Below are positions 35,505-44,359 of a stretch of 64,000 bases of DNA, one piece after another. A model generated the notes under the pieces. The model saw only the letters and a list, made by a program, of their open reading frames with translations. It was not told the DNA's origin and searched no databases. The position numbers were made by a program, and so were the translations under genes. How positions within the stretch are numbered: the first letter of the stretch is position 1; every line of letters begins with the position of its first letter. Origin of the DNA: Vicinamibacterales bacterium (GTDB lineage Bacteria; Acidobacteriota; Vicinamibacteria; Vicinamibacterales; UBA2999); assembly GCA_041394705.1 (NCBI GenBank), contig JAWKHS010000005.1, positions 107,374 through 171,373 on the forward strand, read 5' to 3'.

Positions 35505-36693
35505 CGCCGCGCGGGCCGGCGGGCCCGGCCAGGGCCAGCCACAGGAACGCGGTCGTCTGGGTCGGCCGGAAGTTGTCGTCGCTGACGAGCATCACCGTCG
35601 TCTCGCCCGCGGGTCCCGGAGGCCCGAACGCCATCCCCTCGAAGTTGGACAGGGTCGCCAGCGCGGGAGGCAGCCGGGACCGCCACTGCGCCAGATCGAC
35701 CACGAGGCGCTTGCGCGCCAGGACAGGCGCGGCGCCCGCCAGCGAGTCGAGCCCCGACACGTCGTCGGCGCCGTCCAGCGTGACCTCGAACAGGCGGACG
35801 GGGTTGTAGGCCGGCGCGCCGTCGCTCGCGAGCAGGCACGCCCGTTCCAGGGCCAGGAGCGTCGAATCAGTGAGCGCGAGCAGGTCGGACAGCCCGTTCT
35901 CGCCGTCCTCACAGGCCGGACCGTACCCGGCCACGCTGGGCGTCGGCTCGAGCTGGTAGGCCCACTCGCGGCCGGGTCGCCACGCGGGCGGCCCCGGTAC
36001 GAACTCCACGAGCCGGACCACCCCGCCCCGGGCCGCGCTGGACACGGGCCCGTCCTGGGCCAGCGGCTGCTCGAGGCCACTCAGCAGGCGCCCGTCCGGC
36101 GTGCGCGTCAGGCTCTCGAGGCCCAGGTTGTGGCGGACGCCGTGCGTGCGATCGGCGGGATCGATCGTGAACCGTTCCCGCGGCCGGACGCCGCCGGTCA
36201 CCACGCCCTCGCGCGTCGCGAAGAGCACCTGGGGCTGACGCGCCACACCGCGGCGGTCCACGTGGCCCTCGTGGGACACGGCCAGCGATCCGTCGCCCAG
36301 TACCGCCAGGCCTTCCATGTCGAGGGCGGTCAAGGCATCGGGCGGCGCGCCCGGGCCCGCCGTGATGAACGTCACGCCGACCGGCATGGGGTCGAGCGAC
36401 GGCGAACCGGAGACGTCGAACCACAGGAGCCGGGGGCGCACGATGTCGTCGGAGGCGGCCATCCAGCGGCGGGAGGCCGAATCGTACGCCAGCGCCGACA
36501 GGCTGCCCACGCGCACGCCGTCCAGCGGTGGCCACGTGCCGGCCCAGATGGCCGAGGCGCCGAGCAGCCGGACCTCGGGCGGATCGCCAGCCCGGCCGAC
36601 GGTCGCCGGAAGCACGGGGGCGCAGGCCGCGCCGGCGGCGAGCGCGGCGACGAGCGCGAGAATTGGCGATATGCTCGACGGGCGCCATCCCAC
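35410..36693 (-). CDS. esterase-like activity of phytase family protein (exported)
   Basis: Family motifs are present: NLGLESLTRTPDGRLL, GLSDLLALTDSTLLALER, NFEGMAFGPP...VMLVSDDNF. The start is uncertain. I chose the in-frame GTG at 36693, which gives VGWRPSSISPILALVAALAAGAACAP. GTGs at 36714 and 36705 and the track ATG at 36834 are alternatives. The 3' end overlaps the response-regulator gene by 95 nt (convergent). Confidence 0.75.
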   Translation of the reverse strand: MGWRPSSISPILALVAALAAGAACAPVLPATVGRAGDPPEVRLLGASAIWAGTWPPLDGVRVGSLSALAYDSASRRWMAASDDIVRPRLLWFDVSGSPSLDPMPVGVTFITAGPGAPPDALTALDMEGLAVLGDGSLAVSHEGHVDRRGVARQPQVLFATREGVVTGGVRPRERFTIDPADRTHGVRHNLGLESLTRTPDGRLLSGLEQPLAQDGPVSSAARGGVVRLVEFVPGPPAWRPGREWAYQLEPTPSVAGYGPACEDGENGLSDLLALTDSTLLALERACLLASDGAPAYNPVRLFEVTLDGADDVSGLDSLAGAAPVLARKRLVVDLAQWRSRLPPALATLSNFEGMAFGPPGPAGETTVMLVSDDNFRPTQTTAFLWLALAGPAGPRGVTPAGGSRRPGPWRSAWAWPGPPRDTAAAAR

Positions 36694-36706
36694 GAGGAGA
36701 GTCACG

Positions 36707-37228
36707 ATGCTCACACGGTGTCTTGGTTTCGGTGTCCTGCTGCTCGCCGCCACGTCGTCCGCCTTCGCCCAGACCGACCCGGCCATGACGGCCATCAAGG
36801 GGCAGTTCGGCATGATCAGCGGCGTGGTGTCCAAGACCGCCGAGAAAGTGCCCGAGAATCTTTACTCATTCAAGGCCACGCCGGAAGTCCGCTCGATCGG
36901 GCAGCTGCTGGCGCACATCGCCGACGCCCAGTTCTCGATGTGCGCGGCGGCGGCCGGCGAGAAGCCGCCGCAGATGGGCATCGAGAAGGGCAAGACGTCG
37001 AAGGCCGACATCAGCAAGGCCGTCAACGATTCGATCGCGTACTGCAACGGCGTCATCGCCGGCATGAACGACCAGAAGGGCATGGAGGTGGTGAAGTTCT
37101 TCACGGGCCCATCGCCGCGCCTGATGGTCCTCTCCTTCACCATCTCCCACAGCTACGAACACTACGGGAACCTCGTCACCTACATGCGGCTGAACAAGAT
37201 GGTGCCGCCGTCGAGCGAAGGACAGTAG
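36707..37228 (+). CDS. DinB family protein (exported)
   Basis: Internal ATG at 36707, preceded by GAGGAG. The sequence reads MLTRCLGFGVLLLAATSSAFAQ (signal) ... IGQLLAHIADAQ ... SHSYEHYGNLVTYMRL. This is the DinB/YfiT-type His triad spacing. Confidence 0.8.
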   Translation: MLTRCLGFGVLLLAATSSAFAQTDPAMTAIKGQFGMISGVVSKTAEKVPENLYSFKATPEVRSIGQLLAHIADAQFSMCAAAAGEKPPQMGIEKGKTSKADISKAVNDSIAYCNGVIAGMNDQKGMEVVKFFTGPSPRLMVLSFTISHSYEHYGNLVTYMRLNKMVPPSSEGQ

Positions 37229-37297
37229 GCGTCTGACGACCCGCAGGGAGCAGGGACCAGGGATCGCGGACGGGCGCCGAGGCGGAACGACCGCCCG

Positions 37298-38302
37298 GTG
37301 CCCGGACCGCTGACGCGCATGATGCGAGTGCCGGCGTCCTTTCGCCGCCACCGGGGCGTGCTCGTCCGCGCCGGCGCCATCCTGCTGAGCGCGGTCGTCG
37401 TCCAGGCCTGTTCGCCCGTCTACTGGCTGGGGGCGAAACTGCTGTACGAGACCGCGCCGCCACCGCCGGTCGTGGCGCTGGCCGTGCCCTACGACCCGGC
37501 CGCCCCGGACGACCCGAAGCGGCAGCTCGATCTGTATCTGCCGTCCGGCCGCGGCTTCCCGCTCGTGGTCTTCGTGCACGGGGGGGGCTGGGCCTGGGGC
37601 GACCGGACGCAGCGGTTCGGCGGCGCCGACATCTACCGGAACATCGGTCGCTTCCTCGCCGATCACGGCATCGGCGCAGCCGTGATCGGCTACCGCCTGC
37701 TCTGGCCCCTCGACTGGCAGAGCCAGGTCGGCGACGTGGCGCGCGCGGTGGCGTGGGTGCAGGCACACGCGGCCGACCGCGGCGGACGGGCCGATCGCGT
37801 GTTCCTCATGGGCCATTCGGCCGGTGCCCAGCTCGCCGCGCGCGTGGCCACGGATCCGTCGTGGCTGGAGAAGGAGGGCGGCACGCCGTCGGGCATCTGC
37901 GGCGTCATTGCCGTGAGCGGCGCCGCCTACGACCTCGGCGACATCGAGACCTACCGCGCCGGCTTCGATCCCCTCTACTTCGCCGAGCGCTTCGGCGGCA
38001 GCCGCCTGGACGGCTCCTGGTGGCACGACGCGTCGGTGGTGCCGTGGCTGGACGCCGGCGACCCGCCGTTCCTCGTGATCTCGGCGACCGGCGAGGACGC
38101 GGGCCTGCGCCGGCAGTCCGCGCTCCTGCACGCCGCGCTCGGCAAGGCCGGCATCCCGTCCACGCTCGTGACGGTGCAGGGCTCGAGCCACGAGCGCATC
38201 ATCCTGGAGCTGAGCCGCGACGACAAGACTGCGGGGCCCGCCGTGCTCCGTTTCCTTCGCGACACGCCCTGTCCCCGCGCGGCCGGGGCCGGCGGCGGCT
38301 AG
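37298..38302 (+). CDS. alpha/beta hydrolase (esterase/lipase-type)
   Basis: The oxyanion motif VFVHGGGW and the nucleophile elbow GHSAG are present, with a C-terminal SSHE. The N-terminus carries a hydrophobic anchor. The start is GTG 37298 or ATG 37319. Confidence 0.85.
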   Translation: MPGPLTRMMRVPASFRRHRGVLVRAGAILLSAVVVQACSPVYWLGAKLLYETAPPPPVVALAVPYDPAAPDDPKRQLDLYLPSGRGFPLVVFVHGGGWAWGDRTQRFGGADIYRNIGRFLADHGIGAAVIGYRLLWPLDWQSQVGDVARAVAWVQAHAADRGGRADRVFLMGHSAGAQLAARVATDPSWLEKEGGTPSGICGVIAVSGAAYDLGDIETYRAGFDPLYFAERFGGSRLDGSWWHDASVVPWLDAGDPPFLVISATGEDAGLRRQSALLHAALGKAGIPSTLVTVQGSSHERIILELSRDDKTAGPAVLRFLRDTPCPRAAGAGGG

Positions 38303-39504
38303 TCGCGAGGCGAGTCGCCCGGCGGGAGGAAGGCGCTGAAGTCGCGCGCGAGCCGCTCGGCGTAGGCGCTGACGAGTTCGGACACGCGGGCGTGGCTGGG
38401 CGAGGCGACGATGAGCCCCGCATGGTGGGCCTTGTCCATGCGCCACACGATCTCGGGGTCCGAGAAGCTGGAGAGATCCGGCCGTTCGTCCTTCGTGAGG
38501 CACGTGACCAGCCCGGCGTAGTCCTCGCGCAGCACCGGCGGCACGTACGGCGTCTTGCCGCCGGCCAGTTCCACCTTCGCCCATTCCTGCCAGAAATTCG
38601 CGCCCGTGGCGGCCTCGACGAGCTCCACGATGTGCGCGCCGCCGACGCGGGCCGACGTCTCGAGGAAGTACCAGGTGCCGTCGGCGCCCTTGATGAACTC
38701 CGTGTGCGACACGCCGCGCACGAGGCCCAGTGCCCCGAGCACCGCGCGGTTGGTCGCCAGCGCGGCCCGCTCGTCGGCCGATCCGTGCGGCAGGAGCCGG
38801 GTCGTGAAGACGCCGCCGCCGTGGGAGACGTCGAACGGCGGGCGGCCGTAGCCGCTGGCGACCGCCGCCAGCACGCGGCTGTGATCCACGAGGCTGTCCA
38901 CGTGGAAGACGTCGCCAGGGACGAACTGCTCGAGCAGGTAGTACGACGCCTGGTCGCCCAGGGCGTCGATGTGCTGCCACAGCTCGGCCTGCTGCTGCAC
39001 CTTCCTGATGCCGATGGTGCCGGCCGACAACCGCGGCTTCAGCACCCAGGGCGGAGACACCTCGGCGGTGAACGCGCGGATGGCGGCCTCGTTGAGGACG
39101 TGGACGAAGCGCGGCACCGGGATGCCGGCGTCGCGCGCGCGGAGGCGCATGGCGAGCTTGTCGCGAAAGTAGCGCGTGGTCGTCTCGCCCATGCCGCCGA
39201 CGCGGAGGTGTTCGCGCAGGGCCGACGCCTTCTCGAGATCGAAGTCGTCGAGCGGCACGATCCGGTCGATGACGACCTTCCGCGCGAGGTGGCTGGCGCC
39301 GAGCAGCAGGTCGTCGAGCTCCCAGCGCTTCCGGTCGTCCTTGACGAAGTAGACCTCGTCGAGGCTCTCGCGCGGCCAGTCGGCGTCGCGCAGGCTCTCC
39401 GACGTCACCAGGAACACGCGGGCGCCCTGGCGCTTCGCCTCGCGCAGGAACTCCTGCCCCTTGTGGTAGGACGCGATGCAGAGAATGGTCAACGGCTCGG
39501 GCAT
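38299..39504 (-). CDS. ATP-grasp domain-containing protein (carboxylate-amine ligase-like, substrate unknown)
   Basis: 401-aa ORF. ATP-grasp features are present: FRDKLAMRLRARDAGIPVP, PWVLKPRLSAGTIGI, YLLEQFVPGDVFHVD, HTEFIKG..GTWYFLETSARVGG. Its stop overlaps the hydrolase stop (CTAG). Confidence 0.8.
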   Translation of the reverse strand: MPEPLTILCIASYHKGQEFLREAKRQGARVFLVTSESLRDADWPRESLDEVYFVKDDRKRWELDDLLLGASHLARKVVIDRIVPLDDFDLEKASALREHLRVGGMGETTTRYFRDKLAMRLRARDAGIPVPRFVHVLNEAAIRAFTAEVSPPWVLKPRLSAGTIGIRKVQQQAELWQHIDALGDQASYYLLEQFVPGDVFHVDSLVDHSRVLAAVASGYGRPPFDVSHGGGVFTTRLLPHGSADERAALATNRAVLGALGLVRGVSHTEFIKGADGTWYFLETSARVGGAHIVELVEAATGANFWQEWAKVELAGGKTPYVPPVLREDYAGLVTCLTKDERPDLSSFSDPEIVWRMDKAHHAGLIVASPSHARVSELVSAYAERLARDFSAFLPPGDSPRD

Positions 39505-39548
39505 GGTGGCGGCGCCTCGGCGCCGGGCCGCATGCTACCATCTGCCGC

Positions 39549-40370
39549 GTGAGCGTCTTCGACGAGACTCCGTCCGATCCGTCGCCAGGGCGCGGGCCGC
39601 TCATGGCCGTGGCCGGAGTGGTGGTCCTGCTGGCCGGGGCCGGTGTGTGGTACGTCACGAGCCGGCCCGAGGCGCCCGACACGGCCGAGGCCCCGGCCGC
39701 CGCGCCGCGGCCGGCACCGGCGCCGACGCGCAAGGCCGAGCCGCCGCCGCCCGAACCCGCGAAGCCCGAGGAGCCCGCCCCCCGCCGGACCGCGCCACGC
39801 AAGGCGGAGGCCCCGGCCCCGGCGCCCGCGGAAACGGCGGCGCCCGACACGGCCTCGCTCGTCGTCGAGTCGGACGTGCCCGGCGCATCCGTGTTCGTCG
39901 ATCGCGAGTTCGTGGGCACGGCACCGGTGACGCTCACGAACGTGGCGCCGGGCACCAAGCGCATCAACCTGTCCGCCGAGGGCTTCGAAGGCGTGCAGCG
40001 CTCGGTCGACGTCGTGCCGGGCGAGAACACGGTGACGCTGCGCTTCAAGGAAGTCCGTCTCAACGCCTCGGTCCCGGTGTCGCACAAGCACGGCATGGGC
40101 GGCGGCTGCGAGGGCACGCTCCGCGCCACCGTCGACGGCCTCAGCTACCAGACGTCCAACAAGAACGACGCCTTCACGCTGCCCTACGCCCAGATCGAGA
40201 CCTTCGAGGTGAACTACCTCGAGAAGAACCTGCGCGTGAAGCAGAAGGGCGGCAAGACCTGGAACTTCACCGACAAGGCCGCCACCAACGCCGACGCGCT
40301 GTTCGTCTTCCACCGCGACGTGACGGCCGCGCGAGAGAAGCTCGCCAAGGGCTACACGGCCGCGCGTTAG
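39549..40370 (+). CDS. PEGA domain-containing membrane-anchored protein
   Basis: 273-aa ORF with a GTG start. It has a TM segment, a Pro/Ala/Glu-rich linker, and the PEGA domain LVVESDVPGASVFVDREFVGTAPVTLTNVAPGTKRINLSAEGF. TGCTACCAT lies 7 nt upstream. Confidence 0.8.
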   Translation: MSVFDETPSDPSPGRGPLMAVAGVVVLLAGAGVWYVTSRPEAPDTAEAPAAAPRPAPAPTRKAEPPPPEPAKPEEPAPRRTAPRKAEAPAPAPAETAAPDTASLVVESDVPGASVFVDREFVGTAPVTLTNVAPGTKRINLSAEGFEGVQRSVDVVPGENTVTLRFKEVRLNASVPVSHKHGMGGGCEGTLRATVDGLSYQTSNKNDAFTLPYAQIETFEVNYLEKNLRVKQKGGKTWNFTDKAATNADALFVFHRDVTAAREKLAKGYTAAR

Positions 40371-40420
40371 ACGCACGCACCACCCGCGCGGTTCCCGCCG
40401 GGGCCTGCCGCCGGATCTGC

Positions 40421-40449
40421 TTGCGCGCCGGCTCGGCCGCCCCTATGCT
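40421..40449 (+). promoter_or_regulatory. sigma-70-type promoter candidate of htpX: TTGCGC - 17 nt - TATGCT
   Basis: Hexamers at 40421-26 and 40444-49 are separated by a 17-nt spacer. They lie 42 nt upstream of the ATG at 40492. Confidence 0.4.
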
Positions 40450-40491
40450 GAGTTCACGGCGCCATCGTCGCCGTCGTGAGCTGGCCCACCC

Positions 40492-41388
40492 ATGATGAAA
40501 CGCATCTTCCTGTTCGTCGCCACCAACATCGCCATCGTCCTGACGGTGAGCATCGTGCTGAGCCTGCTCGGCATCGGCGGCTACCGGCTCGGCGGAGGCA
40601 GGCTCGACTACACGTCGCTCATGGCCTTCTGCTTCGTCTGGGGCATGGTGGGCTCGTTCATCTCGCTCCAGCTGTCGCGTTTCATGGCCAAGCGCATGCT
40701 GGGCGTGCAGCTCGTCGACGGCCAGACGGGGCACGAGGACGCCGACTGGGTCTATCGCACCGTCGAGCGCCTGACGCGCCAGGCGCAGCTGCCGATGCCC
40801 GAGGTCGGCATCTACAACTCGCCCGAGGTCAACGCGTTCGCCACGGGTCCCAGCAAGTCGCGCAGCCTGGTGGCGGTGTCGGCGGGCCTGCTGCGTGCGA
40901 TGCGCCGCGACGAAGCCGAGGCGGTGCTGGCGCACGAGGTGTCGCACATCCGGAACGGCGACATGGTGACGCTGACGCTCATCCAGGGCGTCGTCAACGC
41001 GTTCGTGATGTTCGCCTCGATCGTCATCGCCAACATCGTCCGCCAGGCCATCCAGAGCCGCGACGAGCGCGGAGGTGGAGGCGGGTACATGGTGGAGTTC
41101 CTGGTCCGCATGGTGCTCCAGGTGGTCTTCGGCTTCCTTGGCTTCATGGTCGTGGCCTGGTTCTCCCGCGCCCGCGAGTTCCGGGCCGACGCCGGCGCGG
41201 CCTCGCTGTCCGGCCGCCAGGGCATGATCGCGGCGCTCCGCCGGCTGCAGGGCACGCACGACCGCATCGACACGAGCGAGCCCGCGCTGGCCGCGATGAA
41301 GATCTCGGACAAGCCGTCGTGGACGGCGCTCCTCTCCACGCACCCGCCGCTCGAGGCCCGCATCGCGGCGCTCGAGCAGATGCGCTAG
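40492..41388 (+). CDS. htpX: membrane zinc protease HtpX (M48B)
   Basis: 298-aa ORF. The sequence reads MMKRIFLFVATNIAIVLTVSIVL..., with the HEVSHIRNGD zinc motif and four TM segments. It is colinear with HtpX along its full length. Confidence 0.92.
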   Translation: MMKRIFLFVATNIAIVLTVSIVLSLLGIGGYRLGGGRLDYTSLMAFCFVWGMVGSFISLQLSRFMAKRMLGVQLVDGQTGHEDADWVYRTVERLTRQAQLPMPEVGIYNSPEVNAFATGPSKSRSLVAVSAGLLRAMRRDEAEAVLAHEVSHIRNGDMVTLTLIQGVVNAFVMFASIVIANIVRQAIQSRDERGGGGGYMVEFLVRMVLQVVFGFLGFMVVAWFSRAREFRADAGAASLSGRQGMIAALRRLQGTHDRIDTSEPALAAMKISDKPSWTALLSTHPPLEARIAALEQMR

Positions 41389-41408
41389 CCGGCGCCGGCC
41401 CCGTGGCC

Positions 41409-41897
41409 ATGCCTTCCTTGCACGCCGCCGGCCGCACCGCCCTCGCGGCGGGGCTCCTCACGGTCCTGGCCGTGCCCGCGCTCGCGCGGGAGGCTCGTTC
41501 GACCGACGATGAGGCCGGGGTCCGGGCCGCCGTCGAACGGTTCCTGGACGTCCTCGGCCAGCGGGATCTGAACGAGGTCGAACGGCTCCTCGCGCCCAAC
41601 GCGACCATCGCGGTCGTGCGGCTGCGCGACGGCGCCTGGACGACGACGACGCAGACCGGCGGCGAGTTCCTGAAGGGCCTGCGGGCCCAGAGCGCGCCCA
41701 CGCCCTTCCGCGAGCCGCTCACGGGCATCAGCGTGCACGTCGAGCAGGAGCAGCTCGCGTTCCTTCGTGCCGACTTCACGGTGGTGATCGACGGCCAGAT
41801 CCGCTCGCACGGCGTGGACTACTTCACGCTCGTGAAGACCGGCGGCGCCTGGACCATCCTGAACGTGTCCTACACGTCGATCCCGGGCGCGCCGTAG
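41409..41897 (+). CDS. NTF2-like (SnoaL/DUF4440-type) exported protein
   Basis: Internal ATG at 41409. The signal is MPSLHAAGRTALAAGLLTVLAVPALA. It continues with AAVERFLDVLGQRDLNEVERLLAPNATI ... DYFTLVKTGGAWTILNVSYT, typical of the NTF2-like fold. Confidence 0.7.
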   Translation: MPSLHAAGRTALAAGLLTVLAVPALAREARSTDDEAGVRAAVERFLDVLGQRDLNEVERLLAPNATIAVVRLRDGAWTTTTQTGGEFLKGLRAQSAPTPFREPLTGISVHVEQEQLAFLRADFTVVIDGQIRSHGVDYFTLVKTGGAWTILNVSYTSIPGAP

Positions 41898-41910
41898 TCG
41901 CGCCGATGTC

Positions 41911-42191
41911 ACCCGGACCACGCTGACGGGCGACGACTGGGTCCTGGCCGACGAGGTCTCGACGTCCACGCTGCGCCTGGCCGACGAGCTCCTCCGCCGG
42001 GCCCTGCCGCGGGTGGACGACGTCCCAGCTGCGCGATCGTCGGGAGCGGCGGCCTCGCCAGCGACGAGGCCGACCAGGTGCACGTGCAGGACGCGGTGGT
42101 TAGGCAGATCACGGCCGAGATGGTCGCGCGCGACGCCCGGATGCCGTGCGCGGACGCCACGGCCCGGCCCGTCCAACGTCCGGCGGCATAG
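41911..42191 (+). pseudogene. possible gene remnant (no start codon, apparent frameshift near 42020-42030)
   Basis: Strong G/C-third-position periodicity occurs in one frame for 41911-42026 (TRTTLTGDDWVLADEVSTSTLRLADELLRRALPRVDDV). It then switches to the neighbouring frame for 42027-42191 (SCAIVGSGGLASDEADQVHVQDAVVRQITAEMVARDARMPCADATARPVQRPAA*). There is no ATG/GTG/TTG before 42013 in the first frame. Confidence 0.25.
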
Positions 42192-42223
42192 AATAGCGCG
42201 CACGGCCCCGGGCCGCGCCCCGC

Positions 42224-43459
42224 ATGATCGCAGAAACCATCGACGCCGAAGGCCACCTGATCGACTCGGGCGACCTGCAGGCCATCCTCACCACCGTCGT
42301 CGAACACGGCGCCACCTACGAGATCCTGCGGTTCGACGTCGGACGCACCAACGCGGACGCGTCCCGCCTCTCGATGCGCGTGGCCACCGAGACGCAGGAG
42401 TCGCTCGATCACCTCCTGGCGACGCTCTCCACCTTCGGCTGCTACGTCAAGGGCGCGCCCGACGCCGTCGTCCGCACCAACGACATCGCCGGCGCCGCGC
42501 CGACGGACTTCTACTCCACCACCAACCACCACACCGAGGTGCTGCTCGGCGGCCGCTGGGTCACCGTGGCGCAGCAGCGGATGGACGCCGCGATCGTCGT
42601 CGACGGCGACCGCGCCTTCTGCCGCAAGCTCCGCGACCTGGCGGTCGGGGATCGCGTCGTCTGCGGGATGCAGGGCGTCCGCGTGAAGCCGGATCTGCAG
42701 GATCGCGACAAGCCGACCTTCGGCTTCATGAGCAACGACGTCTCCTCCGAACGCCGCGTGGAAGTCGCGGTGGGCCGCGTGGCCGACATGCTCCGCGAGA
42801 CGCGGGCCGCCGGCCGGCGCATCGCCTTCGTCGCCGGCCCCGTCGTGGTGCACACGGGCGGCGGGGAGTACTTCTGCGAGCTCATCCGGCTGGGGTACGT
42901 GGACGTGGTCCTCTCGGGTAACGCCCTGGCCGTCCACGACATCGAAGCCGCGCTCTCCGGCACGTCGCTCGGCATCGACCTGTCGACGGGGCGCCCGGTG
43001 GAGCACGGACACCGGAACCACATGCGCGCCATCAACGCGATCCGGCGCGCCGGCGGCATCGGCGCGGCGGTGCAGGCCGGCCTGCTGACGCGCGGTGTCA
43101 TGCACGCCTGCCACGTCCACGGCGTGCCCTACGTGCTGGCCGGGTCGATTCGCGACGACGGGCCGCTCCCCGAGACGGAGATGGACCTCGCCCGTGCCCA
43201 GGACCTCTACGCCGCGGCGCTGGCCGACGTCGGCGTGGTCATCATGCTGTCGTCGATGCTCCACAGCATCGGCGTCGGCAACATGGTGCCGTCGTGGGTG
43301 AAGGTGGTGTCGGTGGACATCAACCCGGCGGTCGTGACGAAGCTGAGCGATCGCGGCTCCACGCAGACCATCGGCGTCGTGACCGACGTCGGCCTGTTCC
43401 TCCACCAGCTCGCCGTCGCGCTTCGAGGATCTCCCGCCCATGCACACGACGCTCGTTGA
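42224..43459 (+). CDS. LOR/SDH conserved-region protein (TIGR00300-type, archaeal-type ornithine cyclodeaminase-like)
   Basis: 411-aa ORF. The N-terminus IAETIDAEGHLIDSGDLQAILTTVVEHGATYEILRFDVG and the later VAGPVVVHTGGGEYFCELIRLGYVDVVLSGNALAVHDIE and LAGSIRDDGPLP match my recollection of this family. TAGAAT lies 29 nt upstream. Confidence 0.7.
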   Translation: MIAETIDAEGHLIDSGDLQAILTTVVEHGATYEILRFDVGRTNADASRLSMRVATETQESLDHLLATLSTFGCYVKGAPDAVVRTNDIAGAAPTDFYSTTNHHTEVLLGGRWVTVAQQRMDAAIVVDGDRAFCRKLRDLAVGDRVVCGMQGVRVKPDLQDRDKPTFGFMSNDVSSERRVEVAVGRVADMLRETRAAGRRIAFVAGPVVVHTGGGEYFCELIRLGYVDVVLSGNALAVHDIEAALSGTSLGIDLSTGRPVEHGHRNHMRAINAIRRAGGIGAAVQAGLLTRGVMHACHVHGVPYVLAGSIRDDGPLPETEMDLARAQDLYAAALADVGVVIMLSSMLHSIGVGNMVPSWVKVVSVDINPAVVTKLSDRGSTQTIGVVTDVGLFLHQLAVALRGSPAHAHDAR

Positions 43460-44282
43460 TCCCGCCACGCTCGCCGCCCACCTCGACGACCCCGCCTGGG
43501 TGGTGCTGGACGCCCGCTTCGACCTGGCCGCGCCCGACCGCGGTGAGGCGCTGTACCGCGAGGGCCACATCCCGGGCGCGCGCTATCTCGACCTCGAGCG
43601 GCACCTCTCGGGCGAGAAGACCGGCGCCAACGGGCGCCATCCCCTGCCGTCGCCCGAGGAGGCGGCGCGGCGGTTCGGCGCGCTGGGCGTCGGTCCGGGC
43701 TCGCAGGTCGTGCTCTACGACGCCGACATGGGCATGTACGCCGCGCGCGGGTGGTGGATGCTCCGATGGCTCGGCCATCGGGCGGCGGCCGTGCTCGATG
43801 GCGGTCTGGCCGCCTGGGAGCGCGCCGGCCTGCCCGTGACCTCCACCGACGAGCGGTGGGGACCGGCGACCTTCACGCCCGCGCCCGACTCGGACCGCGC
43901 GGCCGGCGTGGGAGACGTGGCGGCCCATCTGGGCGACACCCGCCGCGTGCTCGTCGACGCCCGGGCGAACGACAGGTTCCACGGGCGGAACGAGACGCTC
44001 GACCCGGTCGGCGGACACATTCCCGGCGCCGTCAACCGGTTCTACCAGCTCAACCTCACGCCCGATCGCACCTTCAAGTCGCCGGCCGAGCTGCGCGAGG
44101 AGTGGTCCGCCGTCTGCGGCGGGACCGACGCCTCGCGGGTGGTGATGTACTGCGGCTCCGGAGTGACGGCCTGTCACAACCTGCTCGCCCTCGAGCACGC
44201 AGGACTGCCGGGAGCGCGGCTCTTCCCAGGGTCGTGGAGCGAGTGGTGCGCGGACCGCTCGCGGCCGGTGGCCGTGGACTGA
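43440..44282 (+). CDS. tandem-rhodanese sulfurtransferase (thiosulfate/3-mercaptopyruvate type)
   Basis: 280-aa ORF with two rhodanese halves. Motifs include EGHIPGARYLD and GHIPGAVN. The active-site loop is YCGSGVTACH, followed by FPGSWSEW. It overlaps the upstream gene by 20 nt. Confidence 0.9.
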   Translation: MHTTLVDPATLAAHLDDPAWVVLDARFDLAAPDRGEALYREGHIPGARYLDLERHLSGEKTGANGRHPLPSPEEAARRFGALGVGPGSQVVLYDADMGMYAARGWWMLRWLGHRAAAVLDGGLAAWERAGLPVTSTDERWGPATFTPAPDSDRAAGVGDVAAHLGDTRRVLVDARANDRFHGRNETLDPVGGHIPGAVNRFYQLNLTPDRTFKSPAELREEWSAVCGGTDASRVVMYCGSGVTACHNLLALEHAGLPGARLFPGSWSEWCADRSRPVAVD

Positions 44283-44359
44283 CCGGCCGGCGCCCCTGGC
44301 GCCAACGTTTTCGCGCGGACGCTCGTCCAACCCGCTGACCAGTTTTCGGGGAGACGACG

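Noticed and set aside
37246-37275. The G-run stretch GGGAGCAGGGACCAGGGATCGCGGACGGG after the DinB gene was considered as a further G-quadruplex element.
   Set aside because: One loop is 9 nt, longer than the usual limit of 7 nt. The sequence also lacks the GGGGCTC heptamer shared by the other copies, so the call is too weak.
44296-44312. A -24/-12-like sequence (TGGCGC-CAACG-TTTTC) lies upstream of the DUF4097 gene.
   Set aside because: The GG is present, but the essential GC of the -12 element is missing (TTTTC). I therefore did not call it a sigma-54 promoter.
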